Shown: positions 31,609 through 41,112 of the stretch, in pieces | Position numbering within the stretch: the first letter of the stretch is position 1 | How the letters are laid out: every line of letters begins with the position of its first letter | Assembly (NCBI GenBank): GCA_963707025.1 | Contig: CAVPOM010000006.1 | Location: 1-64,000 of the forward strand | Source: an uncultured Verrucomicrobiae bacterium | Lineage (GTDB): Bacteria; Verrucomicrobiota; Verrucomicrobiia; Limisphaerales; Palsa-1400 | Length of the DNA stretch: 64,000 nucleotides | Direction: 5' to 3' | Position numbers and translations under genes: made by a program | The notes under the pieces: generated by a model | The model's database searches: none | Seen by the model: the letters and a program-made list of their open reading frames with translations, nothing else | What the model was told of the DNA's origin: nothing

Positions 31609-32712
31609 ATGAAACATCAGCTTGATTTCGAAAAGCCGATCCTCGAGTTGCAACGCAAGCTGGACGAACTCGAAAAACACCCGCAAAGCCATGCCATGGG
31701 CGCAGAGATCGCGGCCATGAAAACCAAGATCGCCGAAATGCGCCGCCAGGTCTTTGCCGCCCTCGGCGCCTGGGATCGCGTCAAAATCGCCCGCCACCCC
31801 AAGCGCCCGTTTATGCTCGATTACCTGGCGCTGGCCTTTGCCGACTTCTCCGAACTGCACGGGGACCGGCTCTATGCGGACGATCATGCCGTGGTGGGGG
31901 GGCTGGCCCGCCTGGATGGCCACAAGGTCGTCGTCATCGGCACGCAAAAAGGACGGGATACCAAGGAAAACATCCGTCGCAACTTCGGCTCCGCCCTCCC
32001 GGAAGGATACCGCAAGGCGCTGCGCTTAATGCAGTTGGCCGAAAAATTCGGCCTCCCGGTCATTTCCCTGGTGGATACTCCCGGCGCTTTTCCCGGCATT
32101 GGCGCCGAAGAACGCCACATTGGCGGGGCCATCGCCGTTAATTTGCGGGAGATGATGTCAATGGCGACGCCCATGATCGCTGCGGTCATTGGCGAGGGCG
32201 GTTCGGGGGGCGCTTTGGGGATTGGCGTGGCCGACCGGGTGCTCATTTTGGAAAACGCCTATTACTCGGTCATCAGCCCCGAAGGTTGCGCCGCCATTCT
32301 CTGGAAGGAGCGCTCCGCCGCCGCCAAAGCCGCCGAGGCCTTGAAGATCAGCGCCAAGGACCTGCTGGCCCTGGGGTTGGTGGATGAGATCGTGCCGGAG
32401 TCCCCCGGAGGTGCGCACAACAACCCCGCGGAAACAGCCGCCTCGCTCAAAGCAGCCCTCCTGCGAAACCTGGAAGAATTGAAAAAATATTCCAGCCCGG
32501 ACCTCTTGAAACTGCGTTACGATAAATTCCGCGCCTACGGGCGTTTTACCGAGAAGATAGAGACCCCCGCCATGCCTGTCGCGGCTGCCGTGGCCGCCTC
32601 CATCACTCCGCCGGCCAAAGCCGCGGAGGGCAAAGCCCCGTCTCCCCCGGCCTCCATCCTCGCCTTCGCGCCGGGAAATTCGGCGCCGGCCAGACCGACT
32701 CTCCAGCTTTGA
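31609..32712 (+). CDS. accA: Acetyl-CoA carboxylase carboxyltransferase alpha subunit
   Basis: LDFEKPI, ARHPKRP, PEGYRKA, GEGGSGGALG, YSVISPEGCA. Confidence 0.96.
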   Translation: MKHQLDFEKPILELQRKLDELEKHPQSHAMGAEIAAMKTKIAEMRRQVFAALGAWDRVKIARHPKRPFMLDYLALAFADFSELHGDRLYADDHAVVGGLARLDGHKVVVIGTQKGRDTKENIRRNFGSALPEGYRKALRLMQLAEKFGLPVISLVDTPGAFPGIGAEERHIGGAIAVNLREMMSMATPMIAAVIGEGGSGGALGIGVADRVLILENAYYSVISPEGCAAILWKERSAAAKAAEALKISAKDLLALGLVDEIVPESPGGAHNNPAETAASLKAALLRNLEELKKYSSPDLLKLRYDKFRAYGRFTEKIETPAMPVAAAVAASITPPAKAAEGKAPSPPASILAFAPGNSAPARPTLQL

Positions 32713-32714
32713 CC

Positions 32715-33686
32715 ATGCTCTCCGTTTTGACCTTCGAGCCGATCCTGAAGGAAAGGATCTGGGGCGGGCGCAATTTGGAGAAGCTCTACGGCAAGAACCT
32801 CCCGCCCAATTTGCCCATCGGCGAATCCTGGGAGATCAGCGACCGGCCCGGCGACGAAAGCATTATTGCCGCCGGCCCCTGGCAAGGAAAGACCTTGCAT
32901 CAAATCATGCAAGAGCGCCCGGCCGAATTGCTGGGGCCGCTCCCGGAGATGCCACAACGGTTCCCGCTCCTCATCAAGATTATTGACGCCCGCGACAAGC
33001 TTTCCTTGCAAGTTCATCCTCCCGCCATCCAGGCCGCCCAGCTCGGGGGCGAGCCGAAAACGGAAATGTGGTACGTCGTCCAGGCCGGTCCCGCGGCCGA
33101 GTTGTTCGCCGGATTGAAACGCGGGGTGACCCGCGCCGAATTTGAAAAGCAACTGGCCAACGGCGCCGTCGCCAATTGCTTCCACCGCATTCCCGTCAAA
33201 GCCGGCGACGCGCTCTTTCTCCCCAGCGGACGCGTTCACGCCATTGGCGCGGAAACCATGATTTTTGAAATCCAGCAGAACTCCGACACGACCTACCGGG
33301 TCTTTGATTGGAACCGGCTGGATGCGGCCGGCCGGCCGCGCCCGCTTCATCTGGCGCAGTCGCTGGCCAGCATTGATTTTGCCGATTTCGAGCCGTCCTT
33401 GCTGCCCGCCGCAACTGTCCCCGGCCATCCTGGAACTATCCGTCCGCTGGTGAAAGACAAACTTTTCCAGGCCGCTCTGCGGCGTCTGAATCCCGGCGAC
33501 GCCCTCGCCCTGCGCGGCGGGCGGATGAGCATCCTGGGCGTGGTGGAAGGCGCGTTGCGGGTCCACGATCAAGGCGAATCCACCACCCTGTCCGCCGGCG
33601 GCTTCTGTCTCATCCCGGCCTGTTGCAGCCAGGCGGTGGTGCAGGCGGAGGCCGGGGCTGCGTTCTTGCAAGTTGAGTTGGGTTGA
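32715..33686 (+). CDS. manA: Class I mannose-6-phosphate isomerase
   Basis: IWGG, GESWE, LSLQVHP, KTEMWY, HAIG, EIQQNSDTTYR. Confidence 0.92.
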   Translation: MLSVLTFEPILKERIWGGRNLEKLYGKNLPPNLPIGESWEISDRPGDESIIAAGPWQGKTLHQIMQERPAELLGPLPEMPQRFPLLIKIIDARDKLSLQVHPPAIQAAQLGGEPKTEMWYVVQAGPAAELFAGLKRGVTRAEFEKQLANGAVANCFHRIPVKAGDALFLPSGRVHAIGAETMIFEIQQNSDTTYRVFDWNRLDAAGRPRPLHLAQSLASIDFADFEPSLLPAATVPGHPGTIRPLVKDKLFQAALRRLNPGDALALRGGRMSILGVVEGALRVHDQGESTTLSAGGFCLIPACCSQAVVQAEAGAAFLQVELG

Positions 33687-33716
33687 TCCATTTTAGTCTG
33701 GGCCATCTGCCCGACC

Positions 33717-34139
33717 ATGAAATCGTTTTTGCTACGCTGGCTTGTCACGACTCTGGCCGTCCAAGTCGCAGCCCAGATCGTCCCTGGCATTAGTTGGGAC
33801 ACTTGGGCGGGCTTGCTGGTCGCGACCCTCCTGTTGGGCCTTCTCAACGCAGTGGTGCGTCCGGTGTTGATCTTCTTTGCCCTGCCGCTGGTGGTCCTGA
33901 CGCTGGGCTTGTTTATTTTTGTGATCAACGCGCTTTTACTTTACTGGGTTGGGCAGCTTAAGGACTTTCATGTGGCCGGCTTTGGCGCGGCGTTATGGGG
34001 TTCCGTCATCATCAGCGTCGTCAGCCTGCTCCTCAACCACCTGACGGGCGCCAACAAGACCCGCATCAATTTCCGCCGCGGCAAACCGCCCCGCCCACCC
34101 CCCTCCGACGAGGGCGGCGGCCCGATGATTGACGTATAA
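33717..34139 (+). CDS. YvlD-like 4-TM membrane protein (phage holin superfamily IV)
   Basis: LLNAVVRPVL, LTLGLFIFVINA. Confidence 0.85.
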   Translation: MKSFLLRWLVTTLAVQVAAQIVPGISWDTWAGLLVATLLLGLLNAVVRPVLIFFALPLVVLTLGLFIFVINALLLYWVGQLKDFHVAGFGAALWGSVIISVVSLLLNHLTGANKTRINFRRGKPPRPPPSDEGGGPMIDV

Positions 34140-34558
34140 TCCAACCCCCCGCCCAAGGACTCCTGCGCTCCACACCGTGCCCCAGCGCCGCAGGCCGGAC
34201 CTTGTTGAAGGAAGCGCGGGGTCGTTATCAACCAGTCGGGTGGGCACTCTAGATGGCCGAAATGGTGTGCCAATATGGCACAATATCGCCCTCGAATTAA
34301 TTCTTAAGTTGCTTATTTACAATAAGTTACAAACATTTAATGGCATCCAACAAAATGGGTTCGTTTGGCAAAAACACCATAAATGCCGGCGCTGATCTGG
34401 ATTGGAACAGGCTCCGAAAAATGGCGCGCCCACCCAATGTGACTGGCGCCCCGCGGCTCCCCTGTTGCCTCGTCTTTCACGGGGATGAGTTAAACATAGT
34501 TTCTAACTCCTGTCCATAAAAATCTTTACCGGGCGCACGCTCCATTCTAACGTTCCGC

Positions 34559-34969
34559 ATGGCCAGGAAAACCCCGACTGTGGAAGAACAGGCCGTTCAC
34601 GAGGGCGCGGACGCAAAACCAACGCCGGTTGCGCGCCGCCCCTCCTCCCTGGTGGACACCCGCGTCATCTATTGCGGCGACAACCTGGAGCAACTCGCCA
34701 AACTGCCCGACGCCTGCGTTGACCTCATCTACATTGACCCGCCCTTCAACTCCAATCGCAACTACGAAGTCTTCTGGGGCGAGACCAAGGAAAAGCGTTC
34801 CTTTGACGACCGCCACGCCAGCACCCAGGCCTACATTGAATTCATGCGCCCGCGCTGCATGAAACTCGTCCGCGTCCTTAAAAAGACCGGCAGCTTTTAC
34901 TACCACTGCGACTGGCACGCCAGCCACTACGTCAAAGTCATGCTCGACCAGATTTTCGGCGACAATTAA
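34559..34969 (+). pseudogene. Truncated amino (N6A/N4C) DNA methyltransferase
   Basis: GDNLE, IYIDPPF; ends at DQIFGDN without the SAM-binding motif. Confidence 0.8.
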
Positions 34970-34978
34970 AATTGTAAA

Positions 34979-37025
34979 ATGAATTACGTCGAGAGAATCA
35001 ATTCGTTGCTGCGCCCAAATCCAAGCGGAAAAATCCGCGTGCTGGATTTGTTTGCTGGTTGCGGCGGATTGGCGTTGGGTTTTGAAGCGCAAGGATTTGA
35101 AACGCTAGGCTTTGAGCAAGATGCCGACGCCTGTGAAACATACCGCCGAAATTTAAAGGGCGACTGCCAGCAAATTACGCTGACTCCGGAAACGCAATTC
35201 CCAAAAGCTGACGTAATTATTGGCGGGCCGCCGTGTCAGCCCTTCAGCGTTGGTGGACATCAAATGGGGCTGACAGATTCACGAGACGGATTTCCGATTT
35301 TCATTTCCGCCGTGAAGCAGGTTCAGCCGGAGATTTGGGTTTTTGAAAATGTGCGCGGAGTTCTTTACAGTAACCGCTGGTATTTCGAGCAGATACTCAC
35401 CGCTTTGAAGGCATTGAATTATGTCATCGAGGTGCGGCTCCTCAACGCTGTGAACTACGGTGTGCCGCAGAATCGCGAGCGGGTGATCGTTGTCGGCCAT
35501 CGCGGCGAATTCCAGTTTTTCGATGGGGAGTCCAATCGGGTCACGGCAGGAATAGCATTGGGAGAATCCATGCGACAAGCCCCCCCGGAATCCAAATTCC
35601 TCACGCCGAGCATGGATGAATACGTTGCAAAATATGAACGGGCTTCGTTTTGCATCCGGCCGCGCGACCTTTATCCGGACCAACCGGCCCGCACGGTGAC
35701 CTGCCGGAATCTTGCGGGCGCGACCGGCGACATGCATCGCATTCGTTTGGCTGATGGTCGCCGCCGCCGCCTTTTTGTCCGCGAGGCCGCCAGATTACAA
35801 AGCTTCCCCGATTGGTTTGAGTTTTGCGGTGGCGAAACGAGCCAGTTCAACCAGATTGGCAATGCCGTTCCGCCATTGCTGGCGTGGCATCTTGCCGGCT
35901 CGGTCAAAAAGTATCTGTCCACCACCAAACGGCTCACATCGGGTGAAATCCTCTACCGAAATCTTCCTGACCAGTTTGCTTTGCCGCTGGAATTCAAGGA
36001 GTCCAATGAAATGAAAATTCCAGCATTTGTCACCAACATGGAGAAGCCAGCCAAGCTTGTGAAACTGATCAATGAGGCGCTGCTGGTCCTTTCCAGGCTG
36101 GGCATTCCTCTGGATGACCTGAAACCACGAGAACTGGAAAAGATGGCGATGGCCTTCCTTGCGGTGGCTGATGTGAAGCGCAGCGCCGATTGGTCGAAAG
36201 CGCGGATTCGTGAAGGAAAAGAAACCCTCAAATCGCGGGACATCATCGCTTACCTCAATCAACACTTTGAGGAAAGGATTTCGATGGGTTCTTACGACGA
36301 CATTCGCCGTAAGGATTTAAAACTGCCTGTCGTGGCGGGAATCATCATTGCCAGCGCCAACAAGCCAAACGCCGCCCGCAACGATCCGACACGCGGCTTT
36401 TCTCTGTCTCCCGAATACGTCGAACTCATCCAACGGTTCGGCCAGCCGGATTGGGCGCAAGCGATAGAGGAGTTTATGGCGGACAGACCCACCCTGGCCG
36501 AACGCTTGGACGCCGCGCGTCAGACTCGAGATTGTTCCAATCAAGCTGCCCGATGGTAAAACGATTCAATTCAGCCCCGGCGAACACAACTTGTTGCAAA
36601 AAGCGATTATCGAACAATTCCTGCCACGATACGGACATGGCTCGGAAGTTTTGTATGTCGGTGACACTGCGAAGAAATTTCTGGTTCGGGAGGAAGCAAA
36701 ATTACGCGCCCTGAAATTTTTTGAACTCGAGCATGGAGAACTCCCAGACATCGTTGCATATTCAGCCCAAAAGAACTGGTTGTTTCTCGTTGAAGCAGTG
36801 CATAGCTCCGGGCCAATCTCTCCGCTCCGTCTTCTCGAATTAAAACGGCTGGCCCACGAATGCACGGCAGAAATCGTTTTCGTTACGGCCTTCCTGACGC
36901 GAGACACTTTCCGAAAATTCGCGCCGGAGATTGCGTGGGAAACTGAAGTCTGGATTGCCGATGCGCCGGACCATTTGGTGCATTTCGATGGTGATAAATT
37001 CCTCGGTCCCTACAAATCGAAATGA
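34979..37025 (+). CDS. C5-cytosine methyltransferase fused to a BsuBI/PstI-family restriction endonuclease (frameshift near 36524)
   Basis: DLFAGCGG, GGPPCQ, ENV, QIGNAVP; then EALLVL, SPGEHN, LPD, VEAV, IAWETEVW, HFDG. Confidence 0.85.
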
Positions 37026-37654
37026 GTCTCCCCTAATTGATTGAAAGGCCAGGCCATGGAGGGGGTCCGCCATTTTGTCACTATGACGACGCGCAGGCCC
37101 GCCCGAAAACGCCTCCTCTGCCGCCGTGCCCCGCCCATACTTTTGCGGCCCGCCGCCCGCCCAATTTTGCCCCCCATGAGCGTTTTTTGGAACAGAAGCA
37201 ATCAAAGCAAACGAAGAGGGCAATCCCTTCGTTGCCGTTCCCTTCTATTCGGATTCGGGTGGGCTGAGCCTCCATCCTCGCTTCAATTCCGCATTCCCTT
37301 GACAATCATTGCGGGGGGCTGGGAAAGGTGGTAAAAGGGAGGCATGAATTGTGGCCTTTGTGGTGCTGATCGCCCGTTGCAAAAATCCCTTATTATCCCG
37401 GAATTTTGTTACAAGCCAATTTATGACCCAATCCACCGTATCCAGGTTATTTCATCTGACCCTGCGAAGCCTGATAGGCTCTGGCAAAAAGGGTTACGGG
37501 AAAAGCTTTTATGTGCCTTGTGTGAACAGAAACTCTCGCCGTGGGAGACTTACGCCAAGCGTGTATTTGATGGCGTCGGAGTCAATGTCGTGCGAGACGG
37601 GAAAATGCTGGTCATTTCAAATATCGAATATGCTAAATTTCGGCTATTTCAACT

Positions 37655-39105
37655 CACACCCGTCTCATAAGGGGAAAAGTCTGGTGCTGACCTGTTCATT
37701 TGCAAGGGTTTAATTGGTCTTCGGGGTAAAATGAGATTTTGATTTTTCCGAGTTTGGCTTTTGGGTGTGGTATGCGCCTGTTTGGGCGCGTGTGCTGTCC
37801 CATAGCTTTATTGGAAGCCGGGGAAATACGCCTGCTCGGGCCGCGCCAAGTGGCGAAAGCTGCCGCCTGCTGTCCCATAGCACGCCAGCAAATTGAGCAG
37901 ATCATATTTCTCCCAGAGCGCCGCCCGCAAAATCGTGAACAGCCGGGTGAAGCTGTGCGCCCAGTTGGAGAGGTGACTGAGGTAGCGCAACAGCACGTAG
38001 GTCAACAGCGCCGTCCACACCTGCCAGCGCACGGCGTTGGCGTTGTGGCCCAGAAAATCCGCCAACTGCAAGGTCTGCTTGATTTGTTTGAAGAAGACTT
38101 CGATCTGCCAGCGGCAGCGGTAAAGGTCGGCCACGCTGCGCGGACTCCACTCCAGGTTGTTGGTCAGGAAGGTCATTTCCCGTTCCTCTCCATCAATCTC
38201 GACCAGCGCCACCACCCGGCGCATCAACTCCGGCGCGGGTTTGTTCTCGTTGCTCAGGACGATCACTTCGTCGCGCAAAATCTTCGGGTCTCTGGAGGCG
38301 GGCATTTTCCGCACCACCTCATAGCCCATGTTCTCCTTGGCCCGCGTCACCCAAAAGACCCCGCGCCCGTCCAAATCCCGCAAGTGGCCGAAGTCCACAT
38401 AACCCTTGTCGAACAAGGCGATTTCGCCGCTCTTCAAGTCGGCGCACAGTTCCCGCGCCCGTCGGTTGTCGTGCTCGGCGGCAGTGTCCACAATGACAAA
38501 ACCGGGCAAAAGATTCTGCAGATTCAACCGCATATGGGTTTTGGCGGCGGCCTTGCGCCGGCGGTGCTTGGCCCAGTCCAGGCAGTTGGCCACCAGTTCC
38601 ATGGTCGTGCTATCAATCACATGGATGGGCATCTTGAAACGGAAGGCGGGGCCACGGCGCTGGCCCGCGGCAAAGCCGGGCGTCTGTGCTTTCAAATGCT
38701 CCAGGACCCGCCAGAAGAGTTGTTCGGCCATCTGGGCCGGACGCTCCCGGTTGGCGTGGGAGAGGCCGTTGCGGCTGGGGGCGCTGGCGCCGCGCAAAGT
38801 GGACAGCGGCCCGGAATGCAATTGCAGCGAGTCGCACAGATCGTTGAGTCCGATGCAATGGGTGAGTTGCGCGTCCAGCAAACTGACCGTGTGACTCCAC
38901 GGACTGAAGGTGCGCGACTTATCCAGAGCCCCGGTCTCCCGCGCTATTTTGGAGACTTCATGCGCAGGAATGAGATTGCAAATCTGGCGCAAAACGTTAA
39001 ACCGGGACCGTGTTGGTTTGATTTTTTTGTTTTTCATGCCTGCCTTGTGGCAGGTTCAAATGGTCAAGCCAACACTTTTTTCCAATTTCCTGTGGGATGG
39101 CTGTG
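37655..39105 (-). mobile_element. IS4-family element, copy 2 (intact)
   Basis: Same ends as copy 1; TSD ATTTCAACT/AATTCAACT (8/9). Confidence 0.95.
37808..39037 (-). CDS. IS4-family DDE transposase
   Basis: IDST, FDKGY, YRCRWQIEVFFKQIK (YREK motif). Confidence 0.95.
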   Translation of the reverse strand: MKNKKIKPTRSRFNVLRQICNLIPAHEVSKIARETGALDKSRTFSPWSHTVSLLDAQLTHCIGLNDLCDSLQLHSGPLSTLRGASAPSRNGLSHANRERPAQMAEQLFWRVLEHLKAQTPGFAAGQRRGPAFRFKMPIHVIDSTTMELVANCLDWAKHRRRKAAAKTHMRLNLQNLLPGFVIVDTAAEHDNRRARELCADLKSGEIALFDKGYVDFGHLRDLDGRGVFWVTRAKENMGYEVVRKMPASRDPKILRDEVIVLSNENKPAPELMRRVVALVEIDGEEREMTFLTNNLEWSPRSVADLYRCRWQIEVFFKQIKQTLQLADFLGHNANAVRWQVWTALLTYVLLRYLSHLSNWAHSFTRLFTILRAALWEKYDLLNLLACYGTAGGSFRHLARPEQAYFPGFQ

Positions 39106-39546
39106 AATTCAACTTTCTCTTCTTTGGCGCTTGGGAGTTAGTAAAGCCGATTTCTTTAAGGAGGTAAATCTTGGTGCAAAACACGAAAAGGTGCTGCGGT
39201 TAGCCCTGATGAGTGAAGACCCATTAGACCCTTTGCAATACCCGTGTGCTTTGACCGGAGTTTTGATCGGCGGCACGTTTAATCCAGACGGTATTTTACC
39301 GCCAAGTCGCGTGCGCGGTGCCTACGATCACGGTTATTGTGTCTTGATCGGCGGGTTTCTTTACCATTTCATTGTAATGAGCCATCCCCCCCCGAAGGAG
39401 TTCGCGGGCGTTTGCGTATCCAAGGCGGGACAAATGCGAATACTTGTTCAAGAAGTTCGAGACATCCCTTTTCTCGCTGAAATCGTTCACGAGTTTGGAA
39501 CAGCGATTAGGGATAGGGAGCGGCGCGGGACTTCTTAAACAGAACC

Positions 39547-39614
39547 GTGAAAGTGAAAGTGAAAGGGTCGGTCCTGAAAGGGTAGTGAAAGGGTCGGTCC
39601 TAGAAAGATGACAT
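39547..39614 (+). repeat. Stuttered RAYT-end-like sequence
   Basis: GTGAAA GTGAAA GTGAAAGGGTCGGTCCT GAAAGGGTA GTGAAAGGGTCGGTCCTAGAAAGATGACAT. Confidence 0.65.
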
Positions 39615-39889
39615 GTTTCGTTCTTCGTTCTCTGCCTCCTCCCTCATAAAAAAGTCCCGCAAAATTGCATATTGTTGTTTTCTGGCCGCATGGTTGAGCT
39701 AGTTCGGTTCGGAACCGGCCGAATCGAAGTATAATCGTCCGGCAATGCAGTTCAAGCTCATTTGCCGCAAGGGAACGAAGCGCAACCAGCCGCAACCGAA
39801 TCCGGAATTGCAGAATGGAACAACACTATAAAGTGCGTCAGAGGCGCGGGCAGATCACGCATCCGCCTTCGCCAAGCCAGCGGGCGTAA

Positions 39890-39979
39890 ATGTAACGCAA
39901 GGTAACGGGGAGGTAACGGCCCCAAAAGCCTCAAGTCCCTCAGTTTCAACAGGTCTAACGGGGTACCAGGTGTAGCGCA
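39890..39979 (+). repeat. Six-box GTAAC element, copy B
   Basis: 72/90 identical to copy C without gaps. Confidence 0.85.
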
Positions 39980-40082
39980 TACAAGTGTCCATTCTCTCTT
40001 TTTAAACTTTCGCTTTTTTTCTCGCTCAGGGCAAGTGTCGGTCCCTGATTCCCGCCCAAGTCGAGGATGGCGCACGGCAAGA

Positions 40083-40130
40083 GCGTTCGGCGGGACGCCG
40101 AACGCGGCGGGCGAGACGCCCGCGCTCCCC
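40083..40130. repeat. REP-like double hairpin
   Basis: GCGTTCGGCGGGACGCCGAACGC and GCGGGCGAGACGCCCGC-GCTCCC. Confidence 0.6.
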
Positions 40131-40180
40131 AAAGATCTGCATTTCGGTGGTGCAATAGGAAGCTATTTATCATTTCTCAT

Positions 40181-41110
40181 TTATAATTTATCATTTCTCA
40201 TTTCCCGCTCAATCGTGTCCGCCATGGCGCCGGGGGTGAGGCCGAAGTGGGCGCGGGCTTCTTCCTGGTCGCAGGTGTCATGCAGAAATTCGTCGCGGGT
40301 GCCGAAACGGAGGAGGCGACCCGGGGCGCGCGCGGCGGCCAGCCATTCGGCCACGGCGCCACCCAGGCCGCCCAGCACACTGTGCTCTTCAATCGTGGCC
40401 ACCCATTTGAATTTGGCAAAGACTTCGGCCAGCAAGGCCTCGTCCAGCGGCTTGATGCTCGGGAAACTGACCACCTTGGCGGAGAGGCCGTGTTTTTCCA
40501 GTTCTTGCGCCGTTTGCATAACGGCGGGCAGCATGGTGCCGGCGCTTAACAGGCAAACGTCGGTTCCGTCGCGGATGGGCAGAGCCTTGCCGATGATGAA
40601 TTGCGGCTCGGTTTTGTGGACGGCCGGTTCCCCCTTTTTGCCGATGCGAATATAGACCGGATGCGGATATTGCAGGGCGGCCTTGAGGGCGCCGCGGACT
40701 TCCATGGCATCGGCGGGAGCGAGGACGGCCAGGCCGGGCAGCAGCCGCAGCATGCCCATTTCCTCGCAGGAATGGTGCGTGGCCCCCAGCGAGGCGTAGG
40801 AAAGACCCGAACCGGTCCCGACCAGCACCACCGGAACATGGTGGTAGCAAACATCCACGCGAATCTGTTCCAGGCAGCGATAGGTGAGGAAGGGGGTGAT
40901 GGTGTAACAGAAGGGGCGCAAACCGCTCATGGCCATGCCGGCGGCCATGCCGATCATGTTGGCTTCGGCGACGCCGCAATTGAAAAAGCGCTCGGGGCAT
41001 TTGGCCTTCAAATTATCGAAAAGCCGGTTGCCGATGTCGCCGGCCAGCAGGACGACGCGGGGGTCTTTTTCCGCCAGCTCGGTGATTTGTTTGGCGAAGG
41101 CGTTTCTCAT
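40181..41110 (-). CDS. Transketolase C-terminal subunit
   Basis: NCGVAEANMIG, LGATHH, TIEEH, GGLG. Confidence 0.92.
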   Translation of the reverse strand: MRNAFAKQITELAEKDPRVVLLAGDIGNRLFDNLKAKCPERFFNCGVAEANMIGMAAGMAMSGLRPFCYTITPFLTYRCLEQIRVDVCYHHVPVVLVGTGSGLSYASLGATHHSCEEMGMLRLLPGLAVLAPADAMEVRGALKAALQYPHPVYIRIGKKGEPAVHKTEPQFIIGKALPIRDGTDVCLLSAGTMLPAVMQTAQELEKHGLSAKVVSFPSIKPLDEALLAEVFAKFKWVATIEEHSVLGGLGGAVAEWLAAARAPGRLLRFGTRDEFLHDTCDQEEARAHFGLTPGAMADTIEREMRNDKL

Positions 41111-41112
41111 GG

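Larger units (their letters stand above)
37344..39538 (+). pseudogene. HNH-like protein interrupted by IS4 copy 2
   Basis: CGLC...SLIIPE...LCALCE; removing the IS and one TSD restores FRLFQLSLLWRLGVSK (244 aa). Confidence 0.8.

Noticed and set aside
33717..34139. Prophage lysis gene
   Set aside because: This membrane family is commonly chromosomal and no phage genes are nearby.
23705..39105. Composite transposon formed by the two IS4 copies
   Set aside because: Each copy has its own target duplication, indicating independent insertions, and the enclosed DNA includes core genes such as accA.
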